Notes: generated by a model not told the origin, from the letters alone. Shown: positions 1 to 7,558, numbered from the stretch's first letter. The stretch is 64,000 nucleotides of DNA from a candidate division FCPU426 bacterium (GCA_963830915.1 CAWHOE010000064.1:160001-224000), one strand, 5' to 3'. Translations and numbers: made by a program.

Positions 1-700
1 TTATTCCTCCACCTCCACCGCCACCTGTCCCATAATTGGCACCTACCGCCGATAAACTTCCAGTCCCTGAAATAAAATCCGACATTACATAAATTGTGCC
101 CCCGGCCCCACCTTGAGCACCACCATCCATTTGAACAGACCCATTTAAAGACACACTAGCATTCAATGATTGAATCATAATCAATGCCCCACCATTGCCT
201 TGCCACGAAGCGCTCCCCATTAAGATTGGATTTAAAGGGTTATCATTAGCAGAACCACCAGCATCGCCCAAATCGTCCTGCCCTCCCGGGCCACCGTGTC
301 CACCCCCACCACAACATTTAACAGGAAATCCTGATCCTGCTGTTGGGGATAAACCACTTCCGTAAATAGTTCCACCCGAATCCAAAGAAAAACCATTAAT
401 TGCATTTATTGTTACTGAACCATCAATCCACAATGTTCCACCGGATAGGATATGGCAATTTCCATATGTGAATTGCCCCGTGGAGAAAGTTATAGCTCCA
501 CTCACAATCAGATTTGATGGTGTACTTGTAGCCGTTTGAGTAAAAGTAACTGTTGGAGTATTAGTAAAAGTTGGTGTGCTTTTAGGTAGGGATGAAGGGG
601 ACGAAGGTGACGTTGTGTTAGTCCCGCAAGCAATAGGGAAAATCCATAAAAACGATAAAAGTAGGATTGCAATAATAAATAGATAAAAGAATTGGCGCAT
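1..700 (-). CDS. Gly-rich secreted lipoprotein, 3' end beyond the window edge (cassette cargo)
   Basis: Translated by hand, not in the ORF track: MRQFFYLFIIAILLLSFLWIFPIACGTNTTSPSSP...TPTFTNTPT...GGGGHGGPGG...GGAGGTIYV...GGGGGGGI; open from ATG 700 to the edge; lipobox-like IAC; upstream AGGTGGTG RBS. Confidence 0.8.
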   Translation of the reverse strand, partial: MRQFFYLFIIAILLLSFLWIFPIACGTNTTSPSSPSSLPKSTPTFTNTPTVTFTQTATSTPSNLIVSGAITFSTGQFTYGNCHILSGGTLWIDGSVTINAINGFSLDSGGTIYGSGLSPTAGSGFPVKCCGGGGHGGPGGQDDLGDAGGSANDNPLNPILMGSASWQGNGGALIMIQSLNASVSLNGSVQMDGGAQGGAGGTIYVMSDFISGTGSLSAVGANYGTGGGGGGGI

Positions 701-803
701 AATCACCACCTACGGAAGAAACTTTAAAAAGGTTTAAATAGCTTACCACCACCGCCGCGATGGTTGGGTCGTGTTTTTCCGAGGCATTTAAGCTGTTTAT
801 CCT

Positions 804-831
804 TGTCCACGATGGCTCCCCGTCGTGGATA
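804..831. repeat. 28-bp palindromic cassette-boundary site 1
   Basis: TGTCCACGATGGC-TC-CCCGTCGTGGATA. Confidence 0.9.
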
Positions 832-834
832 TCC

Positions 835-1035
835 TTATTTTCTAACTTTACTTGCGTAATACAGCCCTCCGCCAATAATAAAAACGAAAAGCCAAATTCT
901 CACAACAGGGCCAAATACGGAGACACCTAAAAACCAAGAAAGCAAACCCGCGCCGCCAAAAAGGATCCCAAATAAAAAGAGTTTTTCTTTTGTTGATGTT
1001 TTTGAAGTCTTGGATATTTTGGGCGGCTTTTTCAT
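835..1035 (-). CDS. Small two-TM membrane protein (cassette cargo)
   Basis: 66 aa, basic N-terminus and two hydrophobic segments; fills the interval between sites 1 and 2; stop 3 bp from site 1. Confidence 0.65.
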   Translation of the reverse strand: MKKPPKISKTSKTSTKEKLFLFGILFGGAGLLSWFLGVSVFGPVVRIWLFVFIIGGGLYYASKVRK

Positions 1036-1057
1036 TCGATGTCTCTCGACAAAAGTT

Positions 1058-1085
1058 TGTTCGCGACGGGTCCCCGTCGTGGATA
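1058..1085. repeat. 28-bp site 2
   Basis: TGTTCGCGACGGG-TC-CCCGTCGTGGATA. Confidence 0.9.
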
Positions 1086-1145
1086 AATCAGACCTTCAGT
1101 TCCGAAAAGAAGAACTATTGCATAATTTGCTGACAGGCCTTTGCT

Positions 1146-1595
1146 CTATGCGCAATCCTCAAAGAACGAATTTTTTGTCCGTCCCCAATCCGCCCGGTTG
1201 CTTGCACTCTCGGCCGATCCCAACGAATATTTTTCCTTTTTTTCACCCACGAGAACTAAAACATTAGAAAATTTAGGTTCGTTTTTTATCTCCTTTATAC
1301 TTAAACGGGAATATTTGAAAGTCTTTAAAAGTGTAACAACTTCAATTGAATCGGCGGTGATACGGATTTCAACAACAACTTTTAATAGATTTTTGATTTG
1401 AAAAACGAAAAAGGCTGCCATTATGATTCCACACCACATATTCATGCCTTGCAAAAATAGACCCGAAGATAACGGACTGTTTAAAACAGCGATAATAATT
1501 GAAAACACTAAAGCGATTATTGAAAGGCCAATAACAGAACGAAGTCGTTTAGGCGACGCGAACGAATATGAATTCTCTTTAACTGTATCTCGCAT
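1146..1595 (-). CDS. Two-TM membrane protein with a soluble C-terminal domain (cassette cargo)
   Basis: ORF 1146..1628; ATG 1595 (MRDTV) preferred because of a GGAGGTG RBS; two hydrophobic helices. Confidence 0.65.
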   Translation of the reverse strand: MRDTVKENSYSFASPKRLRSVIGLSIIALVFSIIIAVLNSPLSSGLFLQGMNMWCGIIMAAFFVFQIKNLLKVVVEIRITADSIEVVTLLKTFKYSRLSIKEIKNEPKFSNVLVLVGEKKEKYSLGSAESASNRADWGRTKNSFFEDCA

Positions 1596-1676
1596 TTTTA
1601 ACACCTCCGATTTATTGTGTTTAATCAACAGTCGTTTTAAATACCTTAGTAGAGTTGCTATTCATGCTTTTCGCCT

Positions 1677-1704
1677 TGTTCACGATGGGTCCCCGTCGTG
1701 GACA
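1677..1704. repeat. 28-bp site 3
   Basis: TGTTCACGATGGG-TC-CCCGTCGTGGACA. Confidence 0.9.
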
Positions 1705-1715
1705 CTGAAATTTGG

Positions 1716-2120
1716 TCAATTACAGCTTTTGACGAAAGTTCCTGTTTGTGCTTCGTTCCCGAAGAACAATGTCCAGCTCAAATCCAAGCTGGCCACGCAA
1801 ACATCCTTACCTCTTAAATTTATTCCCATTAATAATTTCCATGAAGGCAATGGTCCCTTTTCCACCTCATAAGCACTAGTACCGATGTGATCCAAGATCA
1901 AAAAGTAACCCGGAACATTGCCCAGGTTTTCATATTGTTCTTTTGCATCGTTGTCATGCAAAACAGGAAAACGGTCATGATTAAAATTGTCCAATAGACA
2001 AGAACCTGCTTCCTGTGACCCTTTTCCATAAACCTTGATCCAGCTTTTTAATAAGCCGTTTCTTTTCTCCGAACTAAGCGTAGATAGTTCGATATTTTCG
2101 TCCTTAAACAAAACAGACAT
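1716..2120 (-). CDS. Hypothetical protein, possibly DUF4275-like (cassette cargo)
   Basis: 134 aa filling the interval between sites 3 and 4a; C-terminal DxxVxxxDxxWTxxxxxE..G.F pattern recalls DUF4275 (unverified). Confidence 0.6.
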   Translation of the reverse strand: MSVLFKDENIELSTLSSEKRNGLLKSWIKVYGKGSQEAGSCLLDNFNHDRFPVLHDNDAKEQYENLGNVPGYFLILDHIGTSAYEVEKGPLPSWKLLMGINLRGKDVCVASLDLSWTLFFGNEAQTGTFVKSCN

Positions 2121-2185
2121 TTATTTAGATTTTTTCTCTTTCTTCACAAACCCCTCTTTGCATCCTGAAATGGCTTTACTTTAGT

Positions 2186-2213
2186 TGTCCACGGCGGGTC
2201 CCCAGATTAGACA
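2186..2213. repeat. 28-bp site 4a (degenerate right arm)
   Basis: TGTCCACGGCGGG-TC-CCCAGATTAGACA. Confidence 0.8.
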
Positions 2214-2232
2214 ACTAATAATTCGCCCTGAG

Positions 2233-2260
2233 TTCATCGAAGGGGTCCCCATCGTGGACA
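2233..2260. repeat. 28-bp site 4b (degenerate left arm)
   Basis: TTCATCGAAGGGG-TC-CCCATCGTGGACA. Confidence 0.8.
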
Positions 2261-2266
2261 TCTATT

Positions 2267-3133
2267 TTATTCACCCCAAGTGACTTCAACATCCTCCATG
2301 CCGGTTGTAAGCCGAGTTGGAGTCGATAACCCAAAGGTGAATTCCCAAAGACTCCAGGCCAATTCCTCACCATCCTTCGTCGCGCACATAACAATAGATT
2401 TCCGATCCGGCGAAAGGGCAATGAAATCTCTGAGGGATAGACCAGGAATAACTACTTTATGAGTCGTTCCATCGTCTGCGTTTAGTTGCCAAAGATATGC
2501 GGAGTCTCCCTCTTTTGTCCTTCCCACAAAAAGCAAATCATTTTCATCAAGCCACACCGACTCCGCGATATAAACAAAACCCTTAGAAAAACACTTCTCA
2601 AAAGTGAATTTATTATCATTAACTCGTGCCAAAATGAGCTGGTTGAATTCTAAATTGAGTAAGGCGACGCGGCGACCCGAGGGACTAAAAGAAATCATTT
2701 GGTAATCCCCTGGCTTACCAGGTTGTCCCGTCACTGGTACGATTTGGAAATGGGTCCCATCCGAATTCCACCGCCCCAACTTCGGTCCAAGGTCATATTG
2801 AAGGGCGTAAATGTATTTTCCATCAGGGTTCCAAATTGGTCTCATAAAGCCAACGGAATGTTCTAGAGCCTTTATCTTTTGGCCTCGGTTGTTCAACAAC
2901 ACCAAACCATTCTCCTGCCCCTCGTCAACATAGGGTTTGGCCACTAGGATATTGCCGTGAGGTTTCCAAGCCGCTTCACAATAAAACAAATCTAAGCAGG
3001 AACCCTGTTTGTTTTTTGGGGAGACGCTACATAGTTGGCCACCAGAACTATAAACCACCGCCTGCAGTTCCCCAGCAAAAGCAAATCTCGCAAAAAAAGA
3101 AATTATAATTAGAGGCAATAATTTATTTTTCAA
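2267..3133 (-). CDS. Secreted TolB/PD40-like beta-propeller protein (cassette cargo)
   Basis: Signal peptide ending AFA; repeated WxPDG/FSPSG/LSPDR blade motifs. Confidence 0.75.
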   Translation of the reverse strand: MKNKLLPLIIISFFARFAFAGELQAVVYSSGGQLCSVSPKNKQGSCLDLFYCEAAWKPHGNILVAKPYVDEGQENGLVLLNNRGQKIKALEHSVGFMRPIWNPDGKYIYALQYDLGPKLGRWNSDGTHFQIVPVTGQPGKPGDYQMISFSPSGRRVALLNLEFNQLILARVNDNKFTFEKCFSKGFVYIAESVWLDENDLLFVGRTKEGDSAYLWQLNADDGTTHKVVIPGLSLRDFIALSPDRKSIVMCATKDGEELAWSLWEFTFGLSTPTRLTTGMEDVEVTWGE

Positions 3134-3191
3134 AATAAGATCTCCGATATTTATTTGGCCAAAGACACCAGGGGTTCAAACCATTTTTTAA

Positions 3192-3219
3192 TGTTCACTC
3201 TGCCTCCCCGTCGCAGACA
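3192..3219. repeat. 28-bp site 5 (degenerate)
   Basis: TGTTCACTCTGCC-TC-CCCGTCGCAGACA; same length, ends and central TCCCCGTCG as the other sites. Confidence 0.75.
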
Positions 3220-3224
3220 ATAAT

Positions 3225-3824
3225 TCATTCTGTTTTTTCCGCATGCGCTATACAAACCAGATACCAATTGGAATCGACTGCCTTTTCAAAAACAAGATAA
3301 AGGGATTTCCAGTCCATTCCTTCCCGTTTGGGATCAATCCCTGGAAAATGGTATTCAGCGATGATGCTTTCCGGGAAAAACGAGAAAAGGTTATTTCCCT
3401 CACTGCCTCGGGAGATGGTGCGATTAAAGTTGACCTCAGGGGCTTTTGAATAATCGTGGTCAAAAATATACCGGTTGTAAAATTCGTTGAAAGTTAAATC
3501 TTCGCTATTCCCTGATTCTCCCAACAGCACGTTAAGGAATCTTTTTTGGTTCGAGGATAGTTTGGTAATTTCACGGCGTCTCAATACCACGCCGTTTTTC
3601 CACAAAAAGGAATACTGCGAAAGCCTAAGCCCTTTATCTGGATGGACGAGCCTAGAAAGGTGATAGAAATCCTTGTTTTTGAGAACTTCGATAGTTTCAT
3701 CGGCTCTTTTCCGAATGATCGCTTCGGCATCCTCGGAAGTAATCTTGGAAGTAGAAGCCAGAATATTTCCAACATTACCTAATAGAAGAACAGCCAAAAC
3801 CGCAGAGATTAATAACCACTTCAT
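3225..3824 (-). CDS. Secreted hypothetical protein (cassette cargo)
   Basis: 199 aa with signal peptide; fills the interval between sites 5 and 6. Confidence 0.75.
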   Translation of the reverse strand: MKWLLISAVLAVLLLGNVGNILASTSKITSEDAEAIIRKRADETIEVLKNKDFYHLSRLVHPDKGLRLSQYSFLWKNGVVLRRREITKLSSNQKRFLNVLLGESGNSEDLTFNEFYNRYIFDHDYSKAPEVNFNRTISRGSEGNNLFSFFPESIIAEYHFPGIDPKREGMDWKSLYLVFEKAVDSNWYLVCIAHAEKTE

Positions 3825-3867
3825 ATTATTTCTTTCATTTTGCGCACTAAAAATTTCACTTTTTTAT

Positions 3868-3895
3868 TGTCCACGACGGGTCCCCGTCGTGGACA
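3868..3895. repeat. 28-bp site 6 (perfect 13-2-13 palindrome)
   Basis: TGTCCACGACGGG-TC-CCCGTCGTGGACA; arms are exact reverse complements. Confidence 0.95.
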
Positions 3896-3918
3896 AGGTA
3901 TTTGGAGTATCACTTTAA

Positions 3919-4718
3919 CTAATCACAGATTCGAATGTCCTGTTTATCTTCATCCTGTCGCGGATCAAAATTTTTCCAAATCAAACGATAACTGTTACCA
4001 CTTGTCTTTTGCCATTCTTTCTTGGACGGCCAAAAAACATAATCAGTACCGACGACATCTTTCCCCAAAATTAAATCAGCTCTTAATTCCCCGATTTTTC
4101 CATACCAACCTCCACCAGTATGAACGATATATTCAAATGTGGTTCCTCCCTGGTTATCCCCATTTGCACACTCGTACCGTCTTTCAATCGTCGTCTTTCC
4201 GCCAGGGGGTAAAATCATTTTGATGACATACCAAGCAATGAGACTTCCCGTTTCTTCTGTATCAGGTGCCCAATTTTCATTATCCACATAGCTATATTCG
4301 AGTTTGGAAGATACTTTTATTCCATTTAATAAAGTTTCAAGATTTTTTATTGGTTCATTGGGCAATCCCAAATTGAAATAAAGGGGACTTTTAACTGGGT
4401 AAACATTTTTCCCTTAGCATGCTTCATCCCCAAAGCTACGTCCGGAAAGCCTGTTAATTGGGTTACCGCATGTTGGGTATCGGTATTTTGGAAAAAGAAA
4501 GTGGCATCTACCTTTGTCTCATCATGGCTGAAATTAAATGTCAAATATTCTTTTACCATACGAATACAACTTTTTTGATTAAGCGCCAAAGGATAAACCA
4601 TGGGTCCTAAAGATCCGTCGTTTTGATAAAGGGGTCCATCATCAGCCCAACAATTAGGCATCAAAGAGAACGGAGCGAGAACAAATAGGACAATCAACCA
4701 AATAGGTATTAATTTCAT
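3919..4718 (-). pseudogene. DUF4424-like secreted protein split by a frameshift near 4371-4410 (cassette cargo; may be a sequencing indel)
   Basis: Overlapping ORFs 4347..4718 (signal peptide, IRMVKEYL...VDATFFFQN...GFP) and 3919..4371 (YIVHTGGGWYGKIG) together resemble one DUF4424-type protein. Confidence 0.6.
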
Positions 4719-4749
4719 AATTCCATACCCTCTCCAAAGTAAAATATTT

Positions 4750-4777
4750 TGTCCACTCTGGGTCCCCGTCGTGGACA
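4750..4777. repeat. 28-bp site 7 (array-proximal)
   Basis: TGTCCACTCTGGG-TC-CCCGTCGTGGACA. Confidence 0.9.
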
Positions 4778-4867
4778 AACCAACTGTTCAAATATTCTAT
4801 CCCTCTCCCGTCACACCAGCGTCCAATTTCATGACACTAAATCGGTCTTAAATCTGGGCTTTCCCAA

Positions 4868-6070
4868 TTAAGGGTTTGCCGCCGGGGAAGTTTCCGTGAC
4901 TTTGACGATGCCGCCGTTCGCGGAGGGGCGGTCGTCGAAATCGATGATCAGGCCGACCGGTCTTTCAGAAATGAACTTTTTGGTTTTGCCCTTTTCGCTG
5001 ATGGTCGTCGCGACCCCTTCCACCAAATACTCACCCGAATCCTTATCCACCTTCAAGACTTTCGCCGGCTTGGAGGGCTGAAAGAAAAGGGTAAGTTTTT
5101 GAGACCTTATCTCCCTTAACTTTTCCTTGGGATAGAATTCCTTGAAAAAGGCATCGGTGTAATGGTCGTTCGTAAAGTCATCCAGGTATTTCAACTGGGT
5201 GGAGGGGGTGTCATAGGAAACCCCGTAGAAGTTCACGGCAAAAGCCATGGCGATACCGGCGTCATTGGCCACCCTTCCCTTCAGTTCTTCTGGGACGACA
5301 ACTTCTCCTTTTGATATTAGTGCGCTCACCGCTTGGTTCTGGGTACTAATATTAGAACCAAGATTCGACGAATTCTGTCGCCCTTGGACCGAAGGTCCAA
5401 TGGGTGACTGTACTGGTTCGGGCAAGCTGGCATCGGTTGTCTTGAGTAAGGTGTCCCGGTAATTCCACAAAACCAAAACCGCCGCCACCCCAACCATCAC
5501 CAGTCCTTTTTTGTACTTCGCCGCCCATACACGGACCCCTTCAACGGCCCCATCGAGCCTTTGGCCGACGGACTGCCCTTTAAGGCTGGCCACTTCTTTG
5601 ACCGGAGTTACTTCTTCCGTGTCCAATTCAGGTTCCGCTATGGGCGAGGTTATTTGCCGTTTGCTCTGTTGTTTAAGTGGATCAAACTCCGCGGCGGGAT
5701 GGCCCGCGATCACCCAATCAACCAGGTTCTCAATGTGCCTGGTTTTAAACCGGCGGGAAATGATCACGTCCAGGATGGGGTGGAATGAACCAGGGAGACC
5801 ATCGATCTTGCCGTTCAGACCAGCTAAGATCTTGGCGTTGTTGAAAGACAAAAGGTAAGGATTTTTACCCTCGGCGGCTTGCTGGATCTTGTCTTCCGCC
5901 GCTTGGTCCAGGATGTCCTTGAGGGCGTATAGATGGGATACCGTTGGTCGTTGAAGGTCCAAAGCCTTAGCCAATTCCCCATGGGTAGCTGAGGGCGTTT
6001 TTTTGACCTGGGCCCGTAGACCGGTCAATTTGTCCAACCATTCCAAATTCTTCTGATTAGATTCGCTCAT
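4868..6070 (-). CDS. ParB/Spo0J-type HTH domain + TM helix + VirB8/NTF2-like C-terminal domain fusion
   Basis: THGELAKALDLQRPTVSHLYAL, LSFNNAKILAGL and IISRRFKTRHIENLV follow the ParB central-domain pattern; TM segment GLVMVGVAAVLVLW; ATG 6070 has a GGAG RBS; C-terminal fold call is tentative. Confidence 0.65.
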   Translation of the reverse strand: MSESNQKNLEWLDKLTGLRAQVKKTPSATHGELAKALDLQRPTVSHLYALKDILDQAAEDKIQQAAEGKNPYLLSFNNAKILAGLNGKIDGLPGSFHPILDVIISRRFKTRHIENLVDWVIAGHPAAEFDPLKQQSKRQITSPIAEPELDTEEVTPVKEVASLKGQSVGQRLDGAVEGVRVWAAKYKKGLVMVGVAAVLVLWNYRDTLLKTTDASLPEPVQSPIGPSVQGRQNSSNLGSNISTQNQAVSALISKGEVVVPEELKGRVANDAGIAMAFAVNFYGVSYDTPSTQLKYLDDFTNDHYTDAFFKEFYPKEKLREIRSQKLTLFFQPSKPAKVLKVDKDSGEYLVEGVATTISEKGKTKKFISERPVGLIIDFDDRPSANGGIVKVTETSPAANP

Positions 6071-6159
6071 AGTGTTCTCCAATAGTTGATTCAAACCCGG
6101 GTAAATTAATATTGGCTCATTGTCGGGTATATGATTTTTGTCACCAGAAAACGGTATTA

Positions 6160-6510
6160 GTAATCACTTTTTTAACCGGTTTTCAGGGTTTGGTAACTGG
6201 TTACCGGACTTGGTAATCGGTTTTGTAACCAGTTATCGGGGTTTGGTAACTGGTTACAGGGCTTGGTAACCGGTTTTGTAATCGGTTTTGGGGGGGTGGT
6301 AACTGGTTACCGGACTTGGTAATCGGTTTTGTAACCGGTTTTCAGGGTTTGGTAACTGGTTACAGGACTTGGTAACCGGTTTTGTAATCGGTTTTGGGGC
6401 TTTGGTAACTGGTTACAGGGCTTGGTAACCGGTTTTGTAACCGGTTATTGGGGGTTGGTAACTGGTTACAGACCTTGGTAATCACTTTTGTAACCAGTTA
6501 CCGGGGGTTT
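6160..6510. repeat. Tandem array of about 6.5 x 53-bp units containing GGTAACnnGTTACC-type palindromes
   Basis: TGGTAACTGGTTAC recurs at 6191, 6244, 6297, 6350, 6403 and 6456 (exact 53-bp period); period is not a multiple of 3. Confidence 0.95.
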
Positions 6511-6547
6511 GTCCCCGTTGCACCGATATGAGCAGGAGAGATACCTT

Positions 6548-7558
6548 TCAGTACCTTAAAAGCAGGTCTAGCATCTTCCGATCGAGGCCGTGGCCTTTGA
6601 AATCCTCATAGGCCACATCGGCCCGGTTGCTGTCCATGACCCCGAAATTACCCTTCAGGTTCCAGAGAGCCCAGCCCCAACCAGCCTCTTTCCAAAGCTG
6701 TAGCTGGTCCTCCATCCAGGCCAGGACCACCCCGTGAGGCGTCTTGCTATGGCATCCCCATTCCCCCACGACCACCCCGACCCCCTGGGCTTCCAGGGCT
6801 TTCCAGGGCTCGATGGTGTTCTTCCTCAGCCAGGCCTTGTCATAGACCACGCCCTCATGGCGCAAAGGCCAGGCCGGCGGGGGGAAATGAGCGGCGGGCG
6901 GGAACCAGGAAGCCTGATGGTGGCTGATAGGCATGGGCTGGTAGCCCCTGGCGCCCTGGGCGACCTCGAAGGGAATAAGTTCCGGGACAGGCGTCGCCCC
7001 GGCGTCCAAACCATCCGCGATGATGAGCCTCTGAGGGTCTTCCGCCCGGATAGCCTCCACCAGCACCTGGACCACTTTGGCGTAAGCGGCGCTATCCACC
7101 CCGTTGGGTTCGTTGAGTAGGTCGAAGCTCAATTCGTCGTTGGGGATGCCTTGGTAACGCCTGGCGAAAAAGTCCCAGTGCTTGGCGAAAACATCCTGGA
7201 CTTCCCTTTCCGTCCAGAGGTCCCGGGATTCCTTAGGCAGGTTGATGCAATAGCCCGGCGCCCGGTGGACATTCAGGCAGATATGAAGCCCGTACTTCTT
7301 GCCCCAGCCCACCGCCCGGTCGATATCCTTGAAGATGGCCTCGTCGATGACGTTCCAATCGCCGTTCTTGCTCCAGATACGGTAATCCATGGGCAAGCGG
7401 GCGAAGTTGAACCCCCAATCAGAGATGAGTTGGAACTCGTCCTCTTGGAAGCCTGGGTTGCTGTGCTGGAGGGAATAACGTCCCAGGAGATTGAACCCCC
7501 GCCATCGGGGCAGACGCGAATGGGTCGCCGGCGGCAGGGCCGCCCGGGGCTGGGTCAT
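6548..7558 (-). CDS. Glycoside hydrolase family 5 (cellulase family)
   Basis: WRGFNL, GFNFARLP, catalytic LLNEP and VGEWG motifs, GWALWN. Confidence 0.9.
   Translation of the reverse strand: MTQPRAALPPATHSRLPRWRGFNLLGRYSLQHSNPGFQEDEFQLISDWGFNFARLPMDYRIWSKNGDWNVIDEAIFKDIDRAVGWGKKYGLHICLNVHRAPGYCINLPKESRDLWTEREVQDVFAKHWDFFARRYQGIPNDELSFDLLNEPNGVDSAAYAKVVQVLVEAIRAEDPQRLIIADGLDAGATPVPELIPFEVAQGARGYQPMPISHHQASWFPPAAHFPPPAWPLRHEGVVYDKAWLRKNTIEPWKALEAQGVGVVVGEWGCHSKTPHGVVLAWMEDQLQLWKEAGWGWALWNLKGNFGVMDSNRADVAYEDFKGHGLDRKMLDLLLRY

Larger units (their letters stand above)
1..4777 (-). mobile_element. Putative gene-cassette array (integron-like, non-attC): at least 7 single-gene cassettes delimited by 28-bp palindromic sites; open at the left window edge
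   Basis: Eight related 28-bp sites at gene junctions, all in the same orientation; one minus-strand gene per interval; visibly more AT-rich than the flanking housekeeping DNA. Confidence 0.75.

Noticed and set aside
618..875. 85-aa minus-strand ORF
   Set aside because: Crosses site 1 and overlaps the better-supported lipoprotein (start 700) and the 66-aa gene.
804..4777. 28-bp palindromic repeats as a CRISPR array
   Set aside because: Intervals are 47-959 bp and contain whole genes; no constant-length spacers and no cas genes in the window.
804..4777. Classical integron attC sites or Xer dif sites
   Set aside because: Too short for attC and no RYYYAAC/GTTRRRY ends; no intI in the window; sequence is unlike the AT-rich dif consensus although the length matches.
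804..4777. The sites as simple intrinsic terminators
   Set aside because: No consistent U-tract on the coding (minus) strand, several copies pair poorly, and length and core are conserved more than pairing. An RNA-level role is not fully excluded.
4719..4778. N-terminal extension MSTTGTQSGQ of ORF 4347..4778
   Set aside because: It is a translation of the repeat itself; ATG 4718 has an RBS and begins the signal peptide.
6160..6510. 53-bp array as CRISPR or a coding repeat
   Set aside because: Units are contiguous near-identical copies with no unique spacers; the period is not divisible by 3 and no ORF spans it.
6499..6526. Possible ninth 28-bp site (GTCCCCGTTG) at the right end of the tandem array
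   Set aside because: Only the core and part of the right arm match; no left arm or terminal GACA.
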